NCBI RefSeq assembly: GCF_964204645.1
Contig: NC_134035.1
Location: forward strand, 6,572,001-6,636,000
Direction: 5' to 3'
Origin: Tubulanus polymorphus
Taxonomy: Eukaryota > Animalia > Nemertea
Length of the DNA: 64,000 nucleotides
The notes below the pieces were generated by a model. That model was not told the DNA's origin, did no database searches, and saw nothing but the letters and a program-made list of their open reading frames with translations. This document shows positions 38,941 through 49,804 of the stretch, piece after piece. The position numbers and the translations under genes were made by a program. Numbering within the stretch: the stretch's first letter is position 1; the number at the start of each line of letters is the position of its first letter.

Positions 38941-40403
38941 TTATTTAACAAAAAAATTAAACATTTATTTTTTATCATGTTTACTAAACCAAAAATAATA
39001 GCACTTACAACTGTAATTAAAAATAAAATAATATGTTCAGCAGCAAAGTTAATAATGTTTCCTGCAGATTTCAATATAAAACCAACAATTGATGCAATAA
39101 CTCCTGGCAATGCTGCAGCAGATCTTTTAGATAGTTCCCATAAATATTTTGCTAATTTCTTTAAACCATCCTTAACTTTATCTTGTATAGAATTATTATC
39201 ATTCGGGGGTTTATCTGGTTTATTGGGAGTAGGAGTGGATTTCAAAGCATTTGATATTGCTAAACCAATTGTTGTAAATAACATAGTTACAGCTGTTAGA
39301 ATTGAAAGAATTGTTATTCCTTCTAACATAAATAATAATTTTATTCTATCTTTCAATGATATTTCAGAATTTGGTTTTATCAACAAATCTTTAAAAATAA
39401 CTTTTAATCTATTAATATTAAATTCATATGATTTTAATAATGATTTAATTACTTCTTTTTGTACTTCTAAATTATCTTTTAAATTATTAATTTCTTTTTC
39501 TAAACGTAATTCTTTTTTCCTATATTCTATTTCATCAATTACTTGACGATCAAGATCAGACTTTAGTTGTTCTATCTCTTTATTTTTATCAGTTAATTCT
39601 TTTTCTAAAGTACTAATTTTAATATCTCTTATACTTTTATTATGTGCAATTTTATCAGCTTCATTTCTTATACTAATAATTTCTCTAATTGCTTCATCAG
39701 ACAATATATTTAAATCTTCTAATTCTTGATCTGTTGCATCAAGTAATCCATTTGGTAAAAGTTTTTCAGTTTGAACTCTTCTTGATTTAGGTTTACTAGT
39801 TTTGGAATTAATAACTTCTTTAGTAATTGTTTCTGGTTCTAAATTTTCATTAATTATCTTCAAAAAATAATCATTTCTTTGTTTAAATTCTTTTATATTA
39901 TCATCTCTTTTTTCTTGTTGTAACATCAGTTATAACATCATTAATGATTTTCTTAATTCTAGATTGTTTTAATAAATTAAAAGTTGATTGTGTTATTATT
40001 TTATCGTTACTGTTAAGATTTGAAATCTTAAAATAATTGCCTTTCAATTTCCAATAATAATCGCCATTTAAATATTTCAAATCTTCTACTAAATAATCCA
40101 TACCTTTATTTGTTATATCGAAACCAGATCTTTTTAACATTGGTTTAAAATCACTAGCAATTTCATTATATTTTAATTTTCTTTTTCTAATTCTGGTACT
40201 TCATTTTGAATATATATTCTCGATTTAGCTCCTCTAATATATTCATCTGTTGATGGGGTTTCAGAACCAGGAACAACTTCTGGTAAATTAGTATTATAAT
40301 CTGGCTCATTATCATCATTAAAACTTGCTTCATCAAAATCAGGTTGTTGTTCATCACTTATACCGGGTTCATATAAAGGATCTACTCCACCTTCTACATC
40401 CAT
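38937..40403 (-). pseudogene. Acidic N-terminus / coiled-coil / C-terminal multi-TM protein
   Basis: Three ORF fragments join to match the contiguous homolog at 59070-60452; hydrophobic helices ITILSILTAVTMLFTTIGLAI and LPGVIASIVGFILK. Confidence 0.8.
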
Positions 40404-40419
40404 TTATATAATAAAAAAA

Positions 40420-41742
40420 TCAAAATTTTAAATATAATATTCCTCCGATTACAATTCCTATACAAGTTAAAGCTAATTTAGTATTTTCATGGGATTTATT
40501 ATCATCATTTAGTTTAATTATTTCATGTTGAATATTATCAGTTTTATATTTTCTGTAGTATTGTAATCTTTTATTTTAGAATCATTATTTAATTTAATAT
40601 TCTTAGTTTTAGTTTCTGTTGATTGAATGTGTTTTTTATTTTTTTCACCTTCCATTAATTTTGGAGCAGTAATAATCTTTTTATTTATATCATTTAATCC
40701 AAATGAATTATTATTGTTGCAGTTTTAATTAGATTATTATAACCAATTATGTTTCCCATCTTTAATACTAAATCATTAGAAATAACAAATAGATTAGGGC
40801 CTATACAATAATTTAATCTAATATGTGATCTATCTAAATAATTTTGATATCTTACAATGTTTTCTGGAATCGATCTATTTTATCATTATGAATTGAATCT
40901 TCAAATAATACTTTGAATTGTTTCTGCGCATCGAATGAAGTGTTATCATTTCTAATTATTGGGGATCTTGTTTCAACTTTCGCGCCTAAAATACATATCA
41001 AATAAGTTCTAATAGATTGATTTATTCTTTGTATACCAGCTTTAGTAAAACCTTCACTATTTTCTAAAATGAAATTAACCCAACCATTATTGTTTTGTTG
41101 TTGTATATTATTATAATATTTTGGTAATTCATTCCAATTTAGTGTTCTTATATCTGAATTTGTCATTATTTTTCCAAATTCCTTAGTATACAATATTCCT
41201 AATCCACCCATTGTTCCAATTTTTGCTCTAAAATCTTTATTTGAATCAATATTAAATTCATAACATATTTTATAAAACTTAGAAAAATTAATATTATTAT
41301 TCAATTCTTTAAAATATTTTGAACCTGGTAAAGGACATTCTAATTCATCTAATATTAATTTTATTTGAAAATATGTATGAAATCTAAAAAGTGATAACAT
41401 CAATGGTAAACTTGGTTTGTTTAAATGATCATTCCAACTAATTCCGCATCCTGTTGTTGCGCAATAAACAGCAAAATTTAATTGGTTCTGCCAATACTTC
41501 ATATTAGATTTTATTAACCATTGTTTTGCCTCATTTAAATTTTTAAATTTAATTTCATAAACATTGAATATATTTTCCATCTTTACATGAAAATTATTAC
41601 TTTCAGTAACATAAATATATAAATCAATTAATGAATCTAAAACTTCATTTCTATATGTAATATCTTTATTAAAATCTATTGCAGGAATATTATATTTAAT
41701 TGATTTATTATATTGGAAAGCTTTTGGAAAACTATCTGCCAT
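40420..41742 (-). pseudogene. Polinton protein of unknown function with C-terminal TM anchor
   Basis: 296-aa ORF (WQNQLNFAVYCATTGCGIS, FRFHTYFQ) continues through frameshifts to LALTCIGIVIGGILY; homolog at 58418-59053. Confidence 0.75.
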
Positions 41743-41758
41743 TTATATAATTAAAAAA

Positions 41759-42184
41759 TTAATAATTTATTAATTCTTTTAATAATTTATCTTGTTCTTC
41801 AACTGTTATATGACCATTTAAACTTATTATATAATCTAGTGTATTCTTTAATTTATTAATTTCTTTTATATTAATTTTAATTTTTTGTTTATTACTTTTT
41901 ATATTTAATTTTGAACTTATATCAGTTAAAACACTTGAACTTAATCCTAATACACCAATTGATATAGCTAAAGGTGTTAATGGTGAAAATATTGCTAGAA
42001 ATGTTATTACAGAACTAATTGTAACCGAACCACTAATAATCAAATAATATATAATTTTACTTTTTAAATATTTTTTCTTTTTTATCTTTAAGTCACTTTC
42101 AAATTCTAATATTTGTTTTTCTAAATATGTTTTTAATTTAGTTTTATTTATATCATGAGGAATAATATCAATATTATCATCCAT
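41759..42184 (-). CDS. Two-TM membrane protein
   Basis: IIYYLIISGSVTISSVITFLAIFSPLTPLAISIGVLGLSS; TAAATG start; homolog at 57978. Confidence 0.75.
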   Translation of the reverse strand: MDDNIDIIPHDINKTKLKTYLEKQILEFESDLKIKKKKYLKSKIIYYLIISGSVTISSVITFLAIFSPLTPLAISIGVLGLSSSVLTDISSKLNIKSNKQKIKINIKEINKLKNTLDYIISLNGHITVEEQDKLLKELINY

Positions 42185-42204
42185 TTATTTAGCAAAAAAA
42201 ATTA

Positions 42205-42625
42205 CTAATTAGTAAACTTATAAGCAACAAATATAACAATAACTGTTCCACCTAAAATCCAAATTATTTCATATTTCTGTTGTTCATTACTTGGGGTATA
42301 ATAATCTGATAATTTAGGTTTGTATAGATGTAATTTTTCTTTATTTGTTACCGCGTTATATAAACTCATTGCATCATCAGCTGATTGAAAATCTCTGTAA
42401 AATCTTCTGATCATATAATTCTTTATTGATGTAATCCATATAGTTTTGTCGTTTTTCTCTGTATTCTTCTGCTGCTTTATTGTATTTTTCTAATGCTAAG
42501 TTATGTCTTTTTTGTTCTGTTAATGATCCATTTTTATCAATATGCTTGAATAAATAACCGCCACCAGTAAATGCTAAAGCGTTAACAATTGCCGATCCTA
42601 TAATAGTTATAACTGCAGAAGCCAT
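42205..42625 (-). pseudogene. Small protein with N- and C-terminal hydrophobic helices and a central coiled coil
   Basis: MASAVITIIGSAIVNALAFTGG...EQKRHNLALEK...IIWILGGTVIVIFVAY; one frameshift; homolog at 57534-57957. Confidence 0.75.
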
Positions 42626-42876
42626 TTATTTAGTAAAATAATTATGCATTTATATAGGAGGAATATATTTTTGTTTTGTTTTTCCAAATAATCAATAGTT
42701 AAACTAGATAAAGTAACTGCTAATGTTAATTTTAAAATATCATTGATATCAAATCTATCAACATTAACACTTCCCATTTTGAATACTTTTTTTAATACCA
42801 TTGAATAACCAACAGTTCCAACTGATAGTAATGCTCCATTATATAATCCAGTTATTATCCACTTATTATCACTCAT
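42607..42876 (-). CDS. Small two-helix membrane protein (C-terminus probably frameshifted)
   Basis: GLYNGALLSVGTVGYSMVL and ILKLTLAVTLSSLTIDYL; homolog at 57289-57509. Confidence 0.7.
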   Translation of the reverse strand: MSDNKWIITGLYNGALLSVGTVGYSMVLKKVFKMGSVNVDRFDINDILKLTLAVTLSSLTIDYLEKQNKNIFLLYKCIIILLNKWLLQL

Positions 42877-42892
42877 TTATTTATCAAAAAAA

Positions 42893-43234
42893 TTACTATC
42901 ATCAAAATATTTAGTTAACTTATTTATGATTAATTCAACATTTATTTCATTACTAGTTTCATTTGTATATATTTCAATTATTATTTTTTTTAATATCATC
43001 GATGATAAAATCTTCATCTAATTCATAAAATCTTAAAGATCTTCTAATTAAATTAGTAATCTTTTCTACATTTAAAGTTTCTTTATCTATTGTTTTTTCA
43101 TACTCAAATGTTGTTTCATTAGAAAATGCAATATTTTTGATATGTGTAATTACATCATTAATGTTAAATTTCATTTCTTTCTCACGTTTAAAATCAAACC
43201 CAAAGCATATACTCGGTCCAACAGTTATATTCAT
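42893..43234 (-). pseudogene. Polinton hypothetical protein
   Basis: TAAATG start; frameshifted; homolog at 56928-57272. Confidence 0.6.
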
Positions 43235-43249
43235 TTATATAATGAAAAA

Positions 43250-43952
43250 TTACTCTCTACATCTTATAACTAATTCATATATCACAGGAAAGTTATTTAA
43301 ATCAATTAAGTATCCATTATGATTTCTTATTTCTATAATTTATTTGCGTTCCAAATTGTTTAACATTCTTTAATGGTAAAATATTTAATATACTAGAATT
43401 ACAAATTGCATCTTTAGTTGCTTCAAATGTTTTTGTAGGATCAATTAAATTGCAATAAATATAAAAGTGTGTAAAAGGTATTAAGTTTGGTGTAGCATCA
43501 GCATTGCGTATCCTTACATCTGGGGTTATTCCTAAAATTTTAGCTAAAGGTTTTTTAACTAGAAATTGATGTTGATCTTCATTACCTAATTTTATTCTTA
43601 TTTTATCGGAGCTATCACTTTTAATCAGTCTTAATCCAAATCCAGCAGATGCACCCATTTTCAACCGAGCTCTTCTATTAATTTCCTGCGCTAATGTATC
43701 TAAATTATATAATCCTGGTTTAAGGTAAAGATGAAACCATTCACTTTTATTTCTATCATGAATTAAAAAGACTCTATGTTCAATAGTTTTATCCGATATA
43801 TTGTAAAAAGAATTACATAAACTTATATTTACTAATTTTAAATCTACACAATTCTTGAATTCTCTATCTAATTGTACTAGTAAATTATGAGATTTATAAT
43901 TTGTAAGTTTTCTAGAATCAACAAATATTCTGTATTCTTTTAATTCCGCCAT
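43250..43952 (-). pseudogene. Minor capsid (penton, single jelly-roll) protein
   Basis: SFYNIS...LKPGLYNL...LAKILG...FYIYCNLID...SILNILP pattern typical of Polinton pentons; small deletion/frameshift near 43330. Confidence 0.75.
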
Positions 43953-43969
43953 TTATTTTACATATTTTC

Positions 43970-44323
43970 TTATTCGAAATCTATTTCATGGTGCCCTTTT
44001 GCATTCTTACCTTTGTATACGAAATAGAAATCTCCAGAACATAATTCTTCCAAGTCTTCACTTGATAATCTATGAAATCTATCTGGTAAATATGTTCTGA
44101 ATTTATATGTATTTCCTTTTAATCCTTCATATTCTAAGTGTATAAATAATTTATTTCCATATTTGTTAGTAACTGTATCAATATTTGTAATTAGATATTT
44201 CTTATGGATTGTTAATTCTGTTAACTTCTTAAATTTATAATCTACAGATTTTACATTTGTAGTATCTTTTATTCTATCTAGAAATAATTTGTTGTTCTCA
44301 CTGTGTGTTTGTTTACTCTCCAT
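43970..44323 (-). CDS. Hypothetical beta-rich protein (possible OB-fold ssDNA-binding protein)
   Basis: Intact 117-aa ORF next to pPolB; FKKLTEL...TNKYG...YLPDRF...FVYKG. The function is inference only. Confidence 0.55.
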   Translation of the reverse strand: MESKQTHSENNKLFLDRIKDTTNVKSVDYKFKKLTELTIHKKYLITNIDTVTNKYGNKLFIHLEYEGLKGNTYKFRTYLPDRFHRLSSEDLEELCSGDFYFVYKGKNAKGHHEIDFE

Positions 44324-44352
44324 TTATAATACATAGTTTTATTAAAATTTGA

Positions 44353-47300
44353 TTAACACGTTAGAATTCTTTTCATTATTTCCTTCTCTTTTGTTTCTTC
44401 TCTTTTAAATTTTAAATATTCATCTAAATTACAACCATAAGCAACTGTATGAATTCCATCATCTAAAATATATCTTTTATCATCAAATGGGTTTAGACTA
44501 ATCTTTTCAATTTCTTCAATAAACATTTCATGATCTTCAGATCTTAAACATCTCATCTTATGTTTTCTAACTTCTTCATTGAATATACAATTGATGTAAT
44601 CTCTGAAATGAATATTCTTTTCTACTACACTTTTGGTTATTCCTTTTAACTTTTTAGCTTCATGTTCTTTAGTTTTATATGAATACATTTTAGATCTAAT
44701 ACCGATGAACTCTATCATTTCTTCACCACCTAATTCATCTTTGAATTTACCGGGAACTTTCTTATTATCATTGCTAAACAATTCATGATCTTTAGGATAG
44801 TTACTGAAATCAAAATGATGTTTTAATGTTTTTAAATCATCTGTTATGTTATCAGTTTTTATCTTTAATATGTAAGAATCGGTATCAAAATATAATATTT
44901 CTATATGTTTTTCTCCAAAAAGTGGTTGTAATACATTATAATAGAATTCATACATTAGTAATTTTGATAATTCTAAAACTGAAGCGCCAACATAGATTGG
45001 TTTATTAAATTTCATTAATGTTCTTCTCATCTTAACTGCAGCTAAATTTTCATCAAATATTCTGTTACCAATGAACTTAGGATATGATTGTAAATGTCTA
45101 ATTCTTTTACCATTACTAACTAACTCAATATCATTTCTATTTCTAATATTTTCACAAGTCTTACCATAGAATGCATTATTCATTAACTTGAAGAAATCTT
45201 TCTCAAAATCAGTTTTAGCTTCAGTTATCTGTTTGGTGTTAAAATCTATATATTTTTCTAACCACTTAGATTGACTGAATGAAATATATCTATGTACTTT
45301 TTTTAGAACCATTCCTTGTTTTAGATAAAACTTTAACATTCTATAATGTACTACATAATTATATTTATCTTCTTGAGTTACCATTAACTTTTCTGTATGA
45401 ATATGATTTTCGGGTTTAATTCTTTTTTGATGATTTGATAATTCTTCATGAGTAACAGTTTTATGTCCTGGACAGTATGCTAGATTTCTAGATTTAAATG
45501 TTTTATCTTCAGGATATTCTAAATCTACAACAAAGAAGTAACCAGTATCTGAATCATCTGCAATATCTAGAATTCTTTTCTTCCAATCAAATTTATCATT
45601 ATATTCATTCTGTAAAACTTCAGTTAATTCAAATACTCCATAAGGTTGTGGTTCCATCATTGCCCAACCATATAAATTATTTGCATCTATATATAATAAC
45701 TTATATCCAGGGTTATCATTTACATTGAAATATCTATCCCCTAATACACCTGAAACTCCTCCTCTTATAGATTTTTCAAATAATAGTAATTGATCTATAT
45801 TTGTTAACAAATCCATTTTTATATCTGTAAATTTTAATCCACAATCCCATGTTAAACCTGGTGATGAATAACAATGACAAGGATCAATGTTAAAATATTT
45901 TAGGTTTACATCTCTAAACCTTTCGAATATATCAGTTAATAATAATACATCTGATTTTAGATATGAATCTACTAATTGTCCATGATTTTCTATTTTGAAA
46001 TGATTCCAAATATTCAATGTTCTATTATATACTTCATCTTTAACATATTCATTTTTTAATTCATCATAGAATTGTTCTTTTAATAATTCAGTTATGCTAA
46101 AATCATTATGATTTTTATAGAAAGAATATGGAATTGCGCCTTTATATCTCATTTATTGGAAATCATCATTATTTGGGTAGTGTTGTTTTAATATTCTTAA
46201 TTCATCATCAACTAATGATTTTGATAAGTTATCTAATGAACTATTTAAAAATCTATATGAATCTATAAATCTTAAACACCCAAATTGGAATGATATAATT
46301 CTCAGATGTTTTAGCTAACATTCTAAATTTATAAGTTGGTATTTTATCTTTAGATCTATTTGAATTTAATCTTTTTATTTCATTATTAATTTCTTCTATT
46401 TTATGGCATAACTGTTTGATGAATAAATGTGCATCATATCCTGATAGATTATGAAATATAACTGGTACAAAGTTAATTTTCTTAGCTTGTAAGTTACAAT
46501 TCTCATGTGCAGCGCCTCTAAACTTTCCGTTCAAATGATCATGGTCTCTTACTATTTTATCTTTATAATTAGATATCTTTTCACAATAATAACATTTACC
46601 TGTAAACACAAATTCTTCTTTATCTTCTTCTGTCATAATTATTTCTATATTTGTATTCAATAATTTACTAAATCTTATTTCATATTCAATTAATAAGTCA
46701 CAAAAATGATTGATAACATTTTCATTTCTATAATGATAATATTCACTTTCAATTAGTTCTAAATAATCAGATTTAATATATAACCCGAAAGCTGCAGCTG
46801 ATTGATGAATCTTTTTAATTGTATTTGTTATTGGTGGTTCATCTGAAAATTTTCATTAGAATTTAATTTCTTTCTTTTATAATATATTTCTTTTCTATCT
46901 TGATCAGTTAGTTCTTTATTTAATGATTCAAAATCTCCATATATAACAAATGGAACTTTATTTTTGTAATCATATTTTTTGAATTCTAATATTTTATCTT
47001 TTTCATTTGGTAAAACTAATTTACAATAATCATGATTTTCACATAATTGTTTATGATTCAATAATGTACTTTCATTACTGAATCTATATAAACATTTTCT
47101 ACAAAGATATATTTTATGGTGATCATTTTCTGATTTAAAAAATAAATCGATTTGTTTAATCCACATATAATGATTCTCATAATATAGTATATCTATAACA
47201 TCGTTTGAATCATAATCTTTTGATAGATATAAAGGTTCTAATGTATAATGTTTTATATTGTTACCTTTCGTATTTGGTAATTTGATTAAATCAAATACAT

Positions 47301-48384
47301 TTATCTTTATATTATTATCTCTTTTTTTTGGGATGTTTTTAATTCTAACAGGATACTTATCTATCTTATAATTATTTTCAAATTGTTTATAATTTGTTAA
47401 TCTATAAGTATGTTTATTATAATCTTCAACTGGGTGTAAACAACTTATTATAGCCCATAGAAAACATTTATCATCTTCATTTAGTACATTTATGACAGCA
47501 TTAGTTTTAAATGGTAGTTTAATATAACTCGATGCTTCAATATCTGGTTCTTTATAATATGATACATTATTTTCATCAATTGGTTTTGATTTAGTTAACT
47601 TATTATATTTTGTGTTATGAACATGTAAAGTCATAAATATTATTTCATCAAATATTAAACCAGATCCTTCAAAATATTTCTCTTCTATTTTAGTTTTTAC
47701 TTCATTATAACATTTAGCTAATTTACCATCTATATGTTGTTTAGATATAATATGTTGTGAATGAGAATTTATATTGTATATTGGTTTATCTTCAGATTTT
47801 ATAAACTTTACTTTAGAAGATATACTAATTTTAGGGTATTCAACATCAGTTATTATTTTTATTATTTCTTTCATATTTTCTAAATGTTTTTTATTTTCTT
47901 CTAATGTTTTTCCTTTATGAAATTTAAACTCAATAGCTGCTGGACCAATATCACTTTTAAATGCTTCGGTCATCTCTATATCTTTTTTATTATCTAATGA
48001 ATTAATATAATTTCTTACATCTTCCATGTATGGTCTTTTATTGTTTAATTTATTTTTTATGCTTTTAATTGTCTTCTGTTTCTTATCATTATCTTTATCA
48101 AAATAATCTTCACCTAAAATATCATTATTCATATTTCTAATATGACTTTTAGATTTTAAATGTTCATTATAATATCTTTTATCACTGAATGATAGATTAA
48201 ATGTATCACATTTGTATGTTTCTTTTTCATTCTTTAATTCATCTAATTTAGTTTCTAATATATCATCTTTATATTCTAGTTTCAATTTATTCTCTAAATG
48301 TGTTTTAGTTTTATTGTGTCTTGCTTTTTGGGATTTATCTATATTGATATTACATGTTGGACAGTAGTACTTATTTGCTTCCAT
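44353..48384 (-). pseudogene. Protein-primed family B DNA polymerase (intein-free), with N-terminal zinc fingers, OTU-like domain and EndoVII-like insertion
   Basis: ExoI VIYGDFES, ExoII FHNLSGYD, ExoIII YLKSDV, motif A YIDANNLYG, motif B KLMNNAFYGK, motif C YFDTDS; NEDDKCFLWAI...HYMWIK; CYYC...VRDHDHLNGKFRGAAHENCN. Frameshifts at ~46830, ~46290 and ~46155. Confidence 0.95.
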
Positions 48385-48437
48385 TTTAATACTAATTTTT
48401 TTTTAAAATTGATTTTAGAAGTTCAATGATTTATATC

Positions 48438-48804
48438 ATGTATTATTTCAATCACACTTTACTAACACTTTTAATGTTTAAAAATCAAACTCATACAAAT
48501 ATAAATATTGAAATAATGTTGTAAATATATCTATATATCTATTCTATAAGAGCTCACACTTTTATATTGAATAATCTATCAATTTAAATGTTATTCATGT
48601 AAATGAATATTTTAAGAGTCATAGGGGTAATGGGCTTTCAGGCTAAAGGTTGAAGGGGCGAGTGAGTAAAAAATGAAAATAACAATAATTTACAGTTGAA
48701 TTAGGAGTGTGCGCGACTAATTTAACTGTAAATTATTGTTATTTTTATTTTTTACGAGCTCGACCCTTCGACCTTTGGCCTGAAAGCCCATTACCCCTAT
48801 TACT
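48438..48804 (-). repeat. Right TIR of Polinton 1 with terminal 189-bp palindrome
   Basis: Reverse complement of the left TIR; ends TATTACT followed by TSD AAAGTC. Confidence 0.95.
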
Positions 48805-49719
48805 AAAGTCGATCCGTAAAAGTGCTCATATCGTCAGGAAAAGCGTTTTTTGACCCGAAAACGTCGTTCAGCGCGAGAAAAGACGTTTTCGTATCAAACA
48901 TTCACCCTATCGGAAAGATGAAAATGTCGATGCGTAAAAGCGCTCAAATCGTCAGGAAAAGCACTTTTCTACCCGAAAACGTCGTTCAGCGCGAGAAAAG
49001 ACGTTTTCGTATCAAATATTCCCCCTATCGAAAAAATGAAAATGTCGATGGGTAAAAGCGCTCAAACCGTCAGAAAAAGCACTTTTCGTCGCGAAAACGT
49101 CGTTCAGCGCGAGAAAAGTCGTTTTTGTATCAAATATTCCCCCTATCGGAAAAACGACAATGTCCATGCGTAAAAACGCTAAAATCGTCAGGAAAAGCAC
49201 TTTTCGTCGCGAAAACGTCGTTCAGCGCGAGAAAAGACGTTTTCGTATCAAATATTCCCCCTATCGGAAAACCGACAATGTCGATGCGTAAAAGCGCTCA
49301 AATCGTCAGGAAAAGCGCTTTTCCACCCGAAAACGTTGTTCAGCGCGAGAAAAGACGTTTTCGTATCAAATGTTCACTCTATCGGAAAAACGACAACGTC
49401 CATGCGTAAATGCGCTCAAATCGTCAGGAAAAGCGCTATTCGACCCGAAAACGTCGTTCAGCGCGAGAAAAGACGTTTTCGTATCAAATATTCCCTCTAT
49501 CGGAAAAACGACAATGTCGATGCGTAAAAGCGCTCAAATCGTCAGAAAAAGCACTTTTCGACGCGAAAACGTCGTTCAGCGCGAGAAAAGACGTTTTCTC
49601 ATCACATTTTCCCCGTATCGGAAAAATGACAAAGTCGATCCGTAAAAGCGCTCCAATCGTCAGGAAAAGCACTTTTCGACCCGAAAACGTCGTTCAGTGC
49701 GAGAAAAGACTTTTTCGTA
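48805..49719. repeat. 118-bp satellite array, continuation
   Basis: Resumes in register after the TSD (AAAGTC|GATCCGTAAAAG). Confidence 0.97.
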
Positions 49720-49804
49720 AGTAATTGGAAAAGTGGGCTTTCAGATCAGAGGACGAGAGGACGAGACACCACTCATCACCACAAGTAATTTTTTTTCCTA
49801 ATAA

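Larger units (their letters stand above)
31311..48804. mobile_element. Polinton/Maverick element 1 (complete, 17,494 bp, decaying)
   Basis: AG...CT termini, TSD AAAGTC (31305-31310 and 48805-48810), ~370-bp TIRs; encodes pPolB, rve integrase, packaging ATPase, and major and minor capsid proteins. Confidence 0.97.

Noticed and set aside
30627-49724. ORFs in the 118-bp satellite (30627-31394 and 48822-49724)
   Set aside because: Translations of tandem repeats in shifting frames.
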